Source: Squalus acanthias
Taxonomy: Eukaryota
Direction: 5' to 3'
Length of the DNA stretch: 64,000 bases
NCBI GenBank assembly: GCA_030390025.1
Contig: CM059429.1
Coordinates: 156,116,001-156,180,000, forward strand
Below the pieces are notes generated by a model. It made no database searches. It was not told the origin of the DNA and saw nothing but the letters and a program-made list of their open reading frames with translations. Shown in pieces: positions 1 to 13,624 of the stretch. The position numbers and the translations under genes were made by a program. Within the stretch, counting starts at the first letter, position 1; each line of letters begins with the position of its first letter.

Positions 1-63
1 TATTCAGATAGATGCATCAATCCTGGTGCAATGACCATCCAGAAAACCAAGGTTCAGACACTG

Positions 64-514
64 AAAGAAAAGAAAGACTTGCATTTATATAGCACCTTTC
101 ATGAGCTCAGGATATCCCAAAGCGATTTATAGCCAATTAAGTACTTTTGAAGTGTTGTCACTGTAGTAATATTGGGAAACGCAGCAACCAACTTGCTCAC
201 AGCAAGATCCCACAAACAGCAATGTGATAATGACCTGATCTGTTTTTTTAGTGGTAATGGTTGAGGGATAAATATTCGCCAGGACATCGGAGAGAACTCC
301 CCCTGCTCCTCTTCAAAATAGTGCCATGGGATCTTTTACATCCACCTGAGAAAGCAGACGAGACCTCGGTTTAACGCCTTATCCGAAAGACGGCACCTCT
401 GACAGTGCAGCACTTCCTTAGTATTGCAGTGGAGTGTCGGCCTAAATTTTGTGCTCAAGAACCCACAAACTTCAGTCTCAGGCGAGAGTGCTACCACTGA
501 GCCATGGCTAACAC
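64..514 (-). mobile_element. tRNA-derived SINE (DeuSINE/SacSINE1-like)
   Basis: tRNA-like head tggctcagtggtagcactctcgcc and tail aaaggtgctatataaatgcaagtctttc; many copies in the window. Confidence 0.85.
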
Positions 515-699
515 CTAAGACACTGATCTAAAGAATGAAAAATGTATAATAACGTGCACCTGAATCTGTTGGGTGATTGTTTTTAACTGATTCCTCTTAA
601 AGTGATTGCTCTCTATTTGATCAATTTTTATACAACAAATTTCACAAAATTAATTCCCACTGAAACAATGCTCATTGCCACAACTGTTTAATACACAAA

Positions 700-3600
700 T
701 GTGTTGAGAACTTTTTATTTTGGGGTAAATGAGTTACATTTAGTTGATACTGTATGATTTGAACACAGCACAAGATCAGAAAATACATAACTCAGGGCTA
801 TTGGTGAACTGTGCCGATTAGAGCACATTGTTATTGTTTGTATAAGATATCTGGCTACTTCAAGACATTCAAGTTAAATGCGCAGTCACAGGAATTTAGA
901 AGCTGCCTCTTCTGTTTCTCTTGCTAGTTCGTGCTGTACAACACCAGTAGTTAGATCTGATGAAGTTGACTAATGCGAGGGTTCTCCATGTGTGTACGTT
1001 TCACTATATAGTCTAAGGGAAGAATTATCTTTCATTAAATGAGGCTCACTAAGTACTAACTTGCACAGGTTTATTTTCCTTTGTGAAAATACACTTAAAT
1101 ACTTAGAGAAAATGTAACTCTGCCAATAGAGAAAAATCGCAGATAATATGTAGACGGACTGGTCAAAGTGACAATGAGAACAATGAACACACAATAGTAT
1201 GCTGTTATAGTAGCTTAACTGTGCACTCTGACAGTGATTTACAATGCAGAAAACATGTAACATTTGGCTATATATTGTGTAGTTTGGCCTAGGAGATCTA
1301 TACATATCAAACACTAATAACAACAACTCTGGAGTCTGACAAAGACTTTTGATACTTCAACAATGTCCTTATCACGCACATTTTGCTATCGTAGTAGAGC
1401 AAGAGGTTTGGCTCAACTTCCATAGTTGCAGTATTCATGTTAATTCAGTTGCCACAAGTTACATTTCAAGTTCTTTAAATGACAAATTGTTTTAATAGAG
1501 CTCACAGCAGCAATATTTGTAGTAATTTAAAACAATCCCTCCCCAAGGCAAAATTACATTTTAGTACATAGAGTGACCACTAAAAACTCTAATTGGAGCA
1601 CCAAAGTGCTGTGCAACAGCAGTGAGTGAATGCAAATTTGACCATGCCCTCCTCTGCTCCTCCCCGTCATAGTGCAGGAAACTCTCGTTTAAACGGCACC
1701 TAAATATCCGGAAATCTCTAAACCGGCAAAATTCAGGAGTAGGTTCAGGTAAGTTTTACTGTATATTAGTGGCCGTGTAACTGGGGTTCCTGGATCTGTG
1801 GCCGTGTAACCGGGGTTCCTGCACCTGTGGCCGTGTAACAGGGACTCCTGGATCTGTGGCCGTGTAACCGGTGTGCTGTGTAACGGGGCTCTCGTACCTT
1901 GGTAGGTATACCTCTCCGTTATCCGGAATTTTTAATCAACCGGCACCATCCCGGTCCCGTAGGTGCCGGATACCAAAGAGTTTCCTGTATCTAGTTGTTT
2001 ATCTTAACTATACTGTTTAGAGAGGCTCCAAACAGGCCAAGTGCCATCCTGTGAGGATGGGAGAAATTGGAGAGAAGAGTCATCTCTGACAAACTGTTGG
2101 CATGCTTCCAAGATGGTGGCCAAGAGCAATATTTGTAGAGGCCTGGGATTAAGTTACTTGCTTGCTCTTGGGATGCTGGGCGCTGTATGGCCCAGGTACA
2201 CCAAGGGAAAATAGAGAATATAATACCCTTTTGAGTGACTGTTGGCTTCAGCTGTTCACCATTAAAAATCTGCCCACTGATGCCCATCTTTGAAATAAAT
2301 GGTGTTAGTGTAAAGTATGATGTAAAGTGGCTGTATCCCTTTAACCAAGTTACTCTATTGATTCTAATGCATGATGAATGGGATTGCATGTTTTAATCCA
2401 CCAACTTTTGTGAAAAATGGTAATTAGTGTTTTCAATCAAATGAATGATTACAAATATTCTATTTTTTTCTGCTACCATTTGTAATATACAGATGAACAT
2501 TTAATGTTCTTAAAAATAGGCTGAGAATACTTGGACATACAGCCACTTAAATGGTACAGAACAAGGCAAACCTCTACTTCGTGAGGGTAGAGCCCAAACT
2601 CATCTATTTTCCAGAACGAGTGTTTAGCTTTGTTCCCTTATGATTGTTCTCTCAATGGTGTGAAATACAGTGGCTTTAGAACATGCAACTACCCATTAAA
2701 GTCTTGTATGACATTCATTAGTATAAAAGGAAAATCCTTTTTAAAAAAATCTTATATCAATAGAGACAGGTTACAATAACAATTAGCATACAAATAAAAA
2801 TTATACAACAGAATATGTGCTGGTTTGAAAGTTTTGAATTGCATTCTAAAAGTGCAGCTTCCAGTTTAAAAACTCCCAGAGTCTTTCTGCATAATTTGTT
2901 CCTCCAATAAGATGTGAACATTTTTAGCTTTTTATATAAATTATACTACAGTTACATTCCAGATGATTCTATTTATTACAGACAATATTATCCAAACCAA
3001 ACTATAACAATACCATTATTTTGACGACAAAAGTGCACAAAGAGTTGAACAACATGACCAGCAGGGGAGTGTTCACATTCTAAATAGTAACACTGGTAAC
3101 TGCTTGTTAGTTGTTAAGAGTGATTGACCTCAACTCTTGCAATAAAGTAGGGCAGCACGGAACAACCATAAACAACCAAATCAAGCCACACTGCAAAAGC
3201 TCAAGAACTTATGAGGTTTAGAATTGCTTGCACACAGTGTTGGTGTCACTGAGTTGCCATTATATTGGCTTTCCAAAATTAAACTGTAAGAACACGGAGT
3301 TCAGGTTTCCCATAAAGATCTTTGAAAAGCTAAGGCCAATTTCCAAACATAATATTGAGTATTTTAGTTTTCCCTTGAAAATGTGCACACTACACCTATA
3401 TGCTTTTGTCTCAAAGTGGCCTATGTGTAACTATTAATTTCACAATTTATTTCCTAAAACTTTACACCTCAAGGTACAGAAGCATATTTGAATAAACTAG
3501 CAAACATTTTAATGAGAACTCTGCACAGACATGTGATGTCCTACATAGATGTTTGAAACACTGAAAAATGCCCGCAGACCCTACACCATCCTCAAATCCT

Positions 3601-6600
3601 TTAACACCTAGCAGTTAACTTGAAAAACAAATACCCTAAAAAAAATTCCCATTTAATCACAAAGAATAGTTGACGAGACCAAATCCAGTAGGAATCTGAG
3701 AGGGAGGGATTCAACAAGCCCATAGTAACTTGTCAGATAGGACTTAGGACAATATTTCATGAAAGGGCCCTTTCAAAACAATTCCAGCAATGAGTATGAA
3801 TATGGAACTGCAGCAGTATGTTGCCACATTTGTTTACCAATCAATGTTTCACAATACATTGAACAAATAATGTGTACAAGATGTTGATTAGATTAGATAT
3901 TAGACGTTTATTTAGGATTTCCTATTTGACCATCTGAGATTTAAAAACATTTCAGAATTGATTGTGTGTGAAAGCTCAAGAAATACACACAAGTTCTTAT
4001 ACACCTATCCTTTATCAAAAATGGGAAAAAATATAATTACGCATAAAGTAAGATCACAGCTACATTAATAGGAACTGCATCCAGGTCCAGCAAAAATAAA
4101 TGAGTGCAAAATAATAGCTTACTATAAGGGAAATATAGCATTTCTGGTGTAAATATGAGTATTTCCTAATTCTATGTAGAGAGGCATAAAATATTAACCA
4201 TTTAATGCTAATATATCCAGGACTTTTATAGGTATCTAGGTAAATTAGCAAAACAGGCTTAGCCTGCTTAGTTATTCACTGGAATAATTTAGAATAAGAC
4301 ATGACTCATTTTCTATGTTACTGGTTTATTTTTTAACAAAGTGCAATGTGATGGTCATATTTTACACTGTTAATCATGGTCATATTTACAAGTAATGGGA
4401 ACAGTAATATCAGAATCCAGTGCTGAAACAAGGTCACAAATGAGGTTGGTTAAGATCTAGTAAAGGATTTTGAAGTCACTGAGATGATATATGAGTGTCT
4501 GCAGAAAGACATATCTGCACATACATGCAGTTCCTCACAACAGTTTGCCTTTGCAAGTGAGAATTTACTGGTGAACAGCTGATATGTTTTGCAGACATTG
4601 AAAGCTCTATTAATTTTATTTACAAGTTTTATTATATTTTAAAAATGTTTCTATGGCCCATAAACCACAAGCAGAATTATCTGCTTAAAAATACAACAGG
4701 AAGTAAATTAACTTTTTTTCTTCTCATTTTTTAAGTTTTTTAGGGGAAAGTAGTCAAGATTATGTGCTTCACATGTAAAATCTGGTAACAAAATATCTGA
4801 ATGTGCAAAAAGAGAGTAAACTAGAATATTAACTGAAGCCCTCCCCCGTGTGCATGTGTGTGGAATGAGACTGACTTGCCCACCTTTTTGGATGTGAATG
4901 AATCCTATTCTCTAACTAATGTGTAGTTCTTTTGTTTTTATGTTTGCACTATCTAAATATCATAAATTTATTCAATCAGGGCTTTTGAAATCTAAGTATA
5001 TATTTTGCTGATGCGACCATCTAAACTAAGAATCAGTGTTGTACTTCATTATACTAGTTATAAGCACGAGTACAGTTACGTGTTTTGTTAAGTGGAACAA
5101 GGTTACAATTGACATTAAAAATCAAATCTACTGGACTTTTCAGGCGACTTAATTAAATTTATTTGGGGGAGGGGGCGAGGTTTAAAAAATGGTCTTATGC
5201 CTTAAACCTCTATTTTTGAAACAAAACTGAAGGTAACAATTATTTGCTACATCAACTCAAAGGGTTTTGTACAATGGCAGGTTGTTCATCATTTGTATTT
5301 TCAAATGAAAATCAACAATGAACGAACAATGGCTGCTTGAACTGGCTTTTACCACACGTTGCAGTTCATTAGGATTGTGTTACCCTTTCATGTACTGTGG
5401 AAACATTTCAACACCAAAATATAAACTAACACTGCCCATTTGTGAAAAGCATCCAGTGTATAATGGGACTATGCATAAAATCTGCTAACTTAAAGCAACT
5501 GAAACTTAAGTTTGTTCAAAATCTAAAAGCGCGTTAAAGATACCAAGGTGTTAAGTTGGCAATTATGTACACAGATACAGTTTACTGATTAAGTTTTCCT
5601 TTTTTCCTGCTCCCTTGCACTCGAGCATTACTTCTGAGTGGATGGAACAGATCAGTCATGACAAGGACTGTCAATGTCACGCCTCGTTCAGCCACTTAGA
5701 GCTGCTGTGACATTGCAGGTAGATCTTCCTCCCTTTAGCCAAGTATCTCACCTCTGTTTGGTGTTTCAACTGGTGAACTGGCTGATAGGAGAAACCTTCC
5801 CTCTTACGGGAGCCCAGTTAGGAAAGTCAGCCGAGGCGGAAGTTCAAACCCAGGTCTCCAAGTCCCTACCCAATTCCTAAAGGAACACTCTATTTAATGA
5901 GAGGGAGACACTGACAAAAGTATATTAAATTCTAATACAGTAAATATGTTTACATTATTCACATGACAAGGAATCACCAAATCATGAATCCTTCTCTAAT
6001 GTGCTGTACAAGGGTCACAGGCCCCATTTTAGTCAACTCTGTACCTGGATATTTGTGTTACTGACTAAAAATCCTTCTGAAGTGGTTTACAGTAACTTAT
6101 GACACTCCTTGGCTTGGCACCTTATTTTTTAAATTTTGCTCCTAAAATGTTGGAATCAAGTGCTCAGAGGCAAAATTATTAACTTTATTTAATGAAGTAC
6201 ACAGTCCAAAATGTATGTTCTCTCCCCCACCCAAAGAAGGTTACCAAAAATACAGTTTGGCTTCTGTAATTCTCCCTATAAAAACTTGCGCAAGCCACCA
6301 AAACTTTCACCTCACAACCAAATCAGTTCGGTTCAGAACCACCGGTCAAAGTTTGGAAAAACAAATTCAAGCCCTGCATTAGTATAATGTTTATCATCAC
6401 ATAGTCTGAAAACTTGAAAGTGGAATGTAGAGATGAGAAAACTATGCACTAACAAATGGAGGAGACATCTACAAACTTTAATTTCACGTTTTTAAATGTC
6501 GCGTATAAAACAGTAAACAAAATATGTTCCACGGATACTGCAGCATCGGAAGTTGCAGTATTCCTAGACAGCTTTTGCAGGTACTTGATAAAGTTGCCAT

Positions 6601-6642
6601 ATGTGGCTTTTCAATGTACAGAAATACACATGTATATTACCC
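700..6642 (-). other. ITSN1: Putative long 3'UTR of ITSN1-L; end uncertain
   Basis: About 5.9 kb, AT-rich and almost repeat-free after the stop; several AATAAA on the minus strand (e.g. 6184-6189, 1070-1075, 714-719). Confidence 0.5.
1675..1987. mobile_element. Tc1/mariner-pogo (Tigger-like) MITE with internal 29-bp tandem repeat
   Basis: Imperfect ~26-bp TIRs CAGGAAACTCT...CGGCACC, TA on the right flank (TG on the left); repeat units start at 1769, 1798, 1827 and 1856. Confidence 0.75.
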
Positions 6643-6791
6643 TTATGTTTCATCAAAAAGTTGCAGATCCAGGCGAACAACTATCTCACCAGTAGGGACT
6701 TCGTGCAGCAGGAGTCGCTTTGTGACAGGACCTTTGGAGCCCTGATCTTTTTTGATATCAGCAACACGAATTTCTGTGCGCCCCAAAAAAT
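6643..6791 (-). CDS. ITSN1: ITSN1-L last coding exon, C2 C-terminus and TAA
   Basis: [49 protein letters not shown]; strong pyrimidine acceptor. Confidence 0.96.
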
Positions 6792-6844
6792 CTGAGATGG
6801 GGGAAAAAAGGACATTTACAGTAAAGTCTTAAACTACTGAACCA

Positions 6845-7837
6845 GAAAAGAAACAAAAGAAAGAACTTGCAATCGAAATAGTGCCATGGGATCTTTTACG
6901 TCCACTTAAGATGGCAGACAAGGCTTCCATTTAACGTCTCATCCAAAAGACGGCATCTCTGACAGTGCAGCACTCCCTCAGTACTGCACGGGAATATCAT
7001 AAGAAGCAGAAGGCCATTTGGCCCTTTGAGCCTGCTCCGACATTCACTAAGATCATGGCTGATCTACCTCATCTCTACTTTCCTGCACTATCCCCATATC
7101 CCTTGATTCCCTTAATATTCAAAAATCTATCGATCTCTGTCTTGAATACTCAACGACAGCCTCCACAGTCCTCTGGGGTAGAGAATTCAAAGATTCACCG
7201 CCCTCTGAGTGAAGGAATTTCTCCTCATCTCAGTCCTAAATGGCCGAACCCTTATTCTGAGACTGTGACCCCTGGTTCTAGACTCCCCAGCCAGGGGAAA
7301 CATCTACCCTGTCAAGTCCTGTAAGAATTTTGTATGTTTCAATGAGATCACCTCTCATTCTTCTAAACTCTAGAGAATATAGGCCGAGTCTACTCAATCT
7401 CTCCTCATAGGACAATCCCCCCATCCCAGGAACCAGTCTGGTGAAACTTTGTTGCACTCCCTCTATGGCAAATATATCCTTCCTTAGGTAAAGAGAACAA
7501 AACTCTACACAATACTCCAGGTGTGGTCTCACCAGGGCCCTATATAATTGCAGTAAGACGTCTTTACTCTTATACTCAAATCCTATTGTAATAAAGGCCA
7601 ACATACCATTTGCTTTCCTAATTGCTTGCAGTTACTGCATGTTAACTTCCAGTGATTCTTGTAGAAGGACACCCAGGTCCCTCTGAACACCAACATTTCC
7701 TAATCTCTCACCATTTAAAAAATACTCTGCTTTTCTATATCAACCTAGATTTTGTGCTCAAGTCTCTGGAGTGGGACTTGAATCCACAACCTGCTGTCTC
7801 AGAGGCGAGAGTGCTACCACTAAGCCATGGCTAACAC
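6845..7837 (-). mobile_element. SacSINE1-like SINE interrupted by a CR1 LINE 3' fragment (~6997-7738, minus)
   Basis: SINE halves flank a CR1 RT C-terminus (ORF 7278-7604: LVRPHLEYC...LGLYSLEFRRMRGDLIE). Confidence 0.88.
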
Positions 7838-8964
7838 CTAAGACACTGATCTAAAGAATGCAAAATGCTGTAGAATAATGTGCACCTGAATCTGTTGGGT
7901 GATTATTTTAATTTGATTCCTCTTAAAGTGATTGCTCTCTATTTCATGAACAGTCATGTTTTATACAACAGGTTTATCAGAATTAATTCCCACTGAAATG
8001 GTGCTCATTAAATAAGTGCTTGCCACAACTGTTTAAGACACAAGTTGCCGTGTCACCAACGAACATTTTATAATTTCTAAAGTCCTTGCATTTCCTTATT
8101 CAGAACACACTTATCAGTGCGACCTCAGCAATTATGTTTGTACTCACTAAGTTAGAACTGATAGATTTATGGATCAGAAAGCCCACTATGCAGAACCTTA
8201 GCCAAGTACATGGCAGTAACAGGTGGTCATAATCCCTCTCTGTTAAGCACAACTCTTATTAGTTGATAGGGAGTGGAATGTTGCCCTATGCCTTTGGCAT
8301 GTGGAGACCATGGATGTGCAGAGACCAAAGATTTGCCTCTAAATAGCAGTGGCGAAGACATTTTTGTCTTTGGGGGTAACTTAGGTCCATATCATGCAGC
8401 CTCGTGAGCAACATATAAAGTTTAAATCAATGTTCCTATTAATCTGCGTACATCTGAAACTGTGTAGACTAAAAGATCTTGGTGTTCTGACTAATGAAGC
8501 AATAACATTGAAAACAGCCTTTTCCAAACCTCCAGGCCATTGCAATTCAAACAAGACAAACCAGTGAATAAGAAACTAAGCACAAGTAGAACTGAACATC
8601 CTGGGCTTCATAAGTCGTTAATGGGGTTTATGAGCCAACCTTGAAGACATTTAGTTAAGACATTAAAATAAAATCTAATCAATTTAATTTTTTTAATGAC
8701 CTTCCACTGCCCAGTGGCACAACAGATTAATGTCCTGCAAGTGTCCTAGATGAAAATAGTTTGGCAGTCTCAACTCGGGTCTTAGTGAGCACAAGCCCGC
8801 TCCCTTCAATGTGCCACTGAACGTCATTTCCTCACTCGGGCCAGAAGATTGCTAGTGTGGGAAATGAGAAAAATTGCACAGCTACAAAGGAGGCACATTC
8901 TGGCTTTTCTGAAGTACATTCCCAGGACATTGAAAAAGAACTACTTTGATCTGTTCCTGCTATT

Positions 8965-9398
8965 GTCAGCCGTGGCTCAGTTGGTAGCACTCTCGCCTCT
9001 GAGTCAGAAGGTTGTGGGTTCAAGTGCCACTACAGGGACTTGAGCACAAAAATCTAGGCTGACTCTCCAGTGCAGTGCTGAGGGACTCCTGCACTTTCGG
9101 AGGTGCCGTCTTTCGGGTGAGACGTTAAACCGAGGCCCCGTCTGCTCTCTCAAATGGACATAAAAGATCCCATGACACTATTTCGAAGAAGAGCAGGGGA
9201 GCTACCCCCGGTGTCCTGGCCAATATTTACCCCTCAATCAATTATCACATTGCTGTTTGTAGGAGCTTGCTGTGCACAAATTGGCTGCCATGTTTTCTTC
9301 ATTACAACAGTGACTACACTTCAAAAAGTACTTCATTGGCTGTAAAGCAATTTGGGACATCCTGAAGTGAAAGGCGCTATATAAATGCAAGTCTTTCT
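8965..9398 (+). mobile_element. SacSINE1-like SINE, near full length
   Basis: A/B-box-like head (gtggctcagttggtagc...ggttcaagt) and the typical tail. Confidence 0.88.
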
Positions 9399-10388
9399 AT
9401 TGCTTTGATACTGTGCCACATAAGTCCACAAGTAGGAAAGTACAAATTGGTGGCAAGCGTCTGCCATTTGCACTGATTCAGGGAAATTTATAAACATTAA
9501 AGAAATCAGGACCCAATTATTCCTTTGAATGAGAATCTACAACAAAGAGATATATTTCTTAGAGTAGGGAATGTTGGGCTAGGTACTATGTTACGTATAT
9601 TTAATGTAAATAAAGGCCAGCAGAGGGAGTGCCAAGTTACTGTAAAGAAAGAAAGCTGGTATATTCCAGTCTGGGCTGGCGAATATTGGTAGCGTTTTCA
9701 CGGGTCTAGCTGGAAGCGGAAAATAAAGTTATGGTCTGAAGATCTCTTGTATCTGAGGTTATTCTAGAAGAATTATCAGTTCAGCAATAAAAATAGGTTA
9801 TAAGCTCACAAAACAACCTTTGCTTTGATGCATCTGTCTTACAGTCTCTGACCACTTAATGTTTTACATATTTTTAGTGAGGATTTGAGACTGGCAGGGA
9901 GATTGGGTTTTGCACACTTTTTTTCAGTTGGGCCAAATTGTATTTAATGCCATTGGCATGATGTTACATGTAGGTTACATGTATATGCCTGCTCCAAGTT
10001 TCACAGCAAACAGCCCATTTCTCATGGCCAAATATACAGAAATCGAACGAGGACAGCAGACTGAGAGGTGAGGGGTCGGACTTGTGCTTTGAAGGAGCTA
10101 GGATAGTTCAAATGGTTTTGTGGTGTCGTGAGCTTCTTTGGTTTCTGGGCCACTTCTGGCCATGTTGCCGAAACAGCACTACTCAAGGGTCAGGGTAACT
10201 GAATTGACTGGGTCTTGCTGGAGCCGAGTTGGAGTATTAAAGTAGTGGAACCAATCCCAGCTAGTTTAGATCAGGCTTAGGTTCATGAGCAAAAAGGATC
10301 CACATACGGACACAGATCTTTACGAGGAAACTTCAATTAGATCCAGATTTTCACATAGGTCTGAGGAATGGAGACAAATCATTCTTAC

Positions 10389-10562
10389 CATCCGGTGAGA
10401 ACTGGTCACGCTCAAATACAGTAATACAGAGCACATCCTGTTCCAGGTCTTTTATGAAGAACTGACAGTTCGAATTCCATTTGGGGTTCAGAGTATCCTG
10501 AATGGTTTTCGTGATGTGACACTGAGACCCCATGGTCACTTCACAGTAAGGATTACTCTTTC
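10389..10562 (-). CDS. ITSN1: ITSN1-L exon, C2 domain
   Basis: [36 protein letters not shown]...FERDQFSPD; 174 nt. Confidence 0.96.
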
Positions 10563-11149
10563 CTAAAAGGGAGATGAAAAATAACCTGATTAAAATCCTA
10601 CTTTGGCTTTAATGGAACATATAAATCAGTTATTTGTTTCCTGGGTATCGTAGCAATAATTATAGTGAATATCTACTGGAAATATACTTTGTCAGAGATT
10701 CTGTTGAGAGTCTTTTTATAATGCATCCTCTCGCTCAGTCTTTGTTGTCAAACTGTCTCATTTCAACTTTTTCCAAGAAGATTTTAAGTTACCGGTGTGG
10801 ATTTATGAATGTGTTGATATTAAGCAATATTATTTGCCAAACCAAGGATGCTGTCAGCTGCAACATTTTCTTACAAATGAATAGGAGGTTAAAAGGTTTA
10901 TTTCACCGCATCTTGAACTTGGTAACTCACAGTGGGTATACTTTTATGTGTAAGCTTAGACAGTGAATGGCGGAAGGTCATTCATCGTGAGGGAGTATCA
11001 CAACTGAAACCAATCCTTAGATGCGCATATTCCTGCAGGTTCCTGATCACAGTACTCCCCCAGAGGAATACTGGGATCAGTTGTAGTGGCCCTAATGCTG
11101 TCCCCAGTGAGATCAGCGAACTCAGCCCAGATCAAATATCCAATCTGGG

Positions 11150-11715
11150 ACATCTATGGTCCAGCAACATGAGTAGACCATTTGACCCATTGTGCCTGCT
11201 CCACCATTTCTTAGCCACAGCGGCTCTATCTTTTTAATCCCGTATCTCCATCCTTTCTCCATATTCCTTAATACCCTTACTTCCCCATTAAGTATCCATC
11301 TCTCTTTTAAAAACTTCACTTGATTTTGCATCTATGGCCTTCTGGGGCAAAGCACTGCTGAATTTTCACAATCTGTTGTTTGAAATTTTTTTTCTTGTAT
11401 TTACTTTTAACCAGCTTAGCCCAAAATTTAAGATGATGTCCCCTTGTTCTGGATTCCCCTAACAGGGAGAGAAGAGTCATTCCTATCTGCCCTGTCAATT
11501 TCCTTCATTATTTTGAACCCTTTGATCAGATTGTTTCTTGACCTCCTCATTTCCAGGAATATAACCCAAGTTTACTTAGTCTCTCATCATAGCTCAGTCC
11601 CTTCATCTCAGGTATCATCTTAGTGAATCTTCGCTGAATTTCTGCTAAGCTTATATATACTTGCTAAGGTGAGGCGTCCAAAACTGAACACAATATTCTA
11701 AAGGAGTCTTCATGT
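11150..11715 (-). mobile_element. Degraded CR1 LINE 3' fragment
   Basis: GESRTRGH motif and CR1 3'UTR-like sequence. Confidence 0.7.
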
Positions 11716-12394
11716 GACCAAATTCATATTTTCAGTCTTGCATTCCTACTTAACCTGACATCGGCAGAACATCATCTGCCGTCGCTTTCCTTCCCGTGCC
11801 TGCAGGGTCACCAGTGATGTGCCCTTGCTCCACCCTTAACCTATTCCGTTCTTCATCTGAAAGTTGCCAGTGTCATTAACTGTAAGAATAGGGTCAGCTT
11901 CGATATATATGTTGACTACACCCTGCTTTACCGCTTTGATACAACCCATCCCCATTCCATGACTTTGCTGTGGTGTCTGGTTGCCAATGTGACAACACAT
12001 TGAGGAGGAGCAGAACTTCCTCCAACTAAACATTAGCAAGACTGAAGCCATCCTGTTTGGTTCTCTGGTTACGCTGGTTTTCAGTGGCTCTTCTACTGAA
12101 GTTACGTGTTATGAGCTGGAGAGCCCCCACGGAGAATCACCCCCATATGTTACAAAGACTATTACTTGATCAGATCGCTCTTGGGAATTGAATTTATGTT
12201 TTTTTGGTTGGGAATAAAGTGTTAAATTGTTTGAGTAACAAGGCTGTCCTTTAGAGGAAGTTTTATTGAATGACTATTGTGTAACAGGTTTATTTGTGCA
12301 AATGTCAGAACATACAAACCTCTTCATCAAGTGAATTAACATACCTGTTAAAGAGAAAATACTGTACTCCCTCCCAAATCCTTGCTAAGATATG

Positions 12395-12725
12395 GTTCCA
12401 TGAGTAATGAACCCAGGTAGTTATTATTGTATGAAACTTGAGTGTTGGCAGGCTGTTATTTCCAGAGAGTGCATCATAGCATAGCCTAATCCTGTCTTCA
12501 CCTTAACATACGTGTAGACTTCCAGCATGGGTTGCTGGATAGTGATCAGCAGTGAGAGCTCTAGCCAGTTTTTTCCTCACTAACCCAGTGGTGCTGAGGC
12601 CAATTGTTGTGCACCTACCACTGCTCCAGCTGTGATTAGCTATCTGAGCACAGATCAGGTCCTGAACCTTGTGTCTACATGGATCAGTCACTCACTGGCT
12701 ATGCTCCCTGAGCCATTAGAGAAGC
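12395..12725 (-). mobile_element. Old SINE-like repeat (related copies ~30540-30710, ~42960-43210, ~55430-55720)
   Basis: Shared motif gatcactatccagcaaccc with the 55.5-kb copy; tRNA-like head. Confidence 0.55.
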
Positions 12726-12940
12726 CCTGAAAACCAACCTGTTGAAGTATGACAGGCAAATCCAAATGATCAACCCAATGTTTCAAGTGGTTCAGCACTT
12801 GACTCTGAGCTGGAAGCTTAAGCTTAAACTACTGGCTTTCTGTTGGATGAATTTTGCCAGTTCACGGCTGTCAAACAAACATCCAGATGTAGCAATATAT
12901 AATAGTAAAGTATTGCACTTTGAGAATGCAAATCATCATT

Positions 12941-13227
12941 ACTCCAAAAATGTGTGGGTTAGGTTGATTTGGCTATGATAAATTGACCCTTAGTGTTAGG
13001 GGGGATTAAATATGTGGGGTTATGGGGATAGGATGGGATATGTTAGGGGGAATTAAATACGTGGGGTTACGGGGGTAGGGTGGGATATGTGTACTGTGGG
13101 GATTAAAGCAGGGACAGGGTACTGGATTTGGATGATCAGCCATGATCGTATTGAATGGCGGAGCAGGCTCGACGGGCCGAATGGCCTACTCCTGCTCCTA
13201 GATTCTATGTTTCTATGTTTCTATGTT
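12941..13227 (+). mobile_element. HE1/V-SINE-like fragment ending in a CR1-type tail
   Basis: gtgtgggttaggttgatt...aaattgacccttagtg core; gggccgaatggcctactcctgctcct followed by (ttctatgt)n tail. Confidence 0.65.
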
Positions 13228-13313
13228 TTCTTCCAGCTGATATTTTCTCTGGGGATTGATGTTTAACATGAAAAACACAGAAGAAGTATTTCAAGAAAAT
13301 GAGTCATTCTTAC

Positions 13314-13397
13314 CATTGGATCTACATGCTTTCAGCTCTATACCTTCAACAATATTCACCATTAGCCTTCCAATGCCTGTAGCCCTTTGAGAACGAA
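13314..13397 (-). CDS. ITSN1: ITSN1-L exon, start of C2 domain
   Basis: [28 protein letters not shown]; 84 nt; preceded by an 89-nt intron. Confidence 0.95.
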
Positions 13398-13486
13398 CTG
13401 TGGAAAAGAAAAAGGAACACGTACATGAATATGAGCTGCTGTTGAAGAAACCTTGTTTCCATGCATGTACACACTGCTTTACTTAC

Positions 13487-13569
13487 CCAAATAAGCTTTT
13501 TCTCGCTTCTTTTTTTCAGTTTCTATGTAGAGTTCTGAAGCAGCTTTAATTTTCTGCACCCAAGCGGTT
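13487..13569 (-). CDS. ITSN1: ITSN1-L exon, PH C-terminal helix
   Basis: [27 protein letters not shown]; 83 nt. Confidence 0.95.
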
Positions 13570-13624
13570 CTGTAGAATGAAAAGGTAATGAATAGTTAAC
13601 GGATGCGTGGAACAAAACTAATAT

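Noticed and set aside
1769-1871. 29-bp repeats as a CRISPR-like array
   Set aside because: Head-to-tail tandem units with no unique spacers, inside a eukaryotic MITE.
8965-9045. tRNA-like sequences (also at other SINE heads)
   Set aside because: They are SINE 5' heads continuing into SINE body and tail, not tRNA genes.
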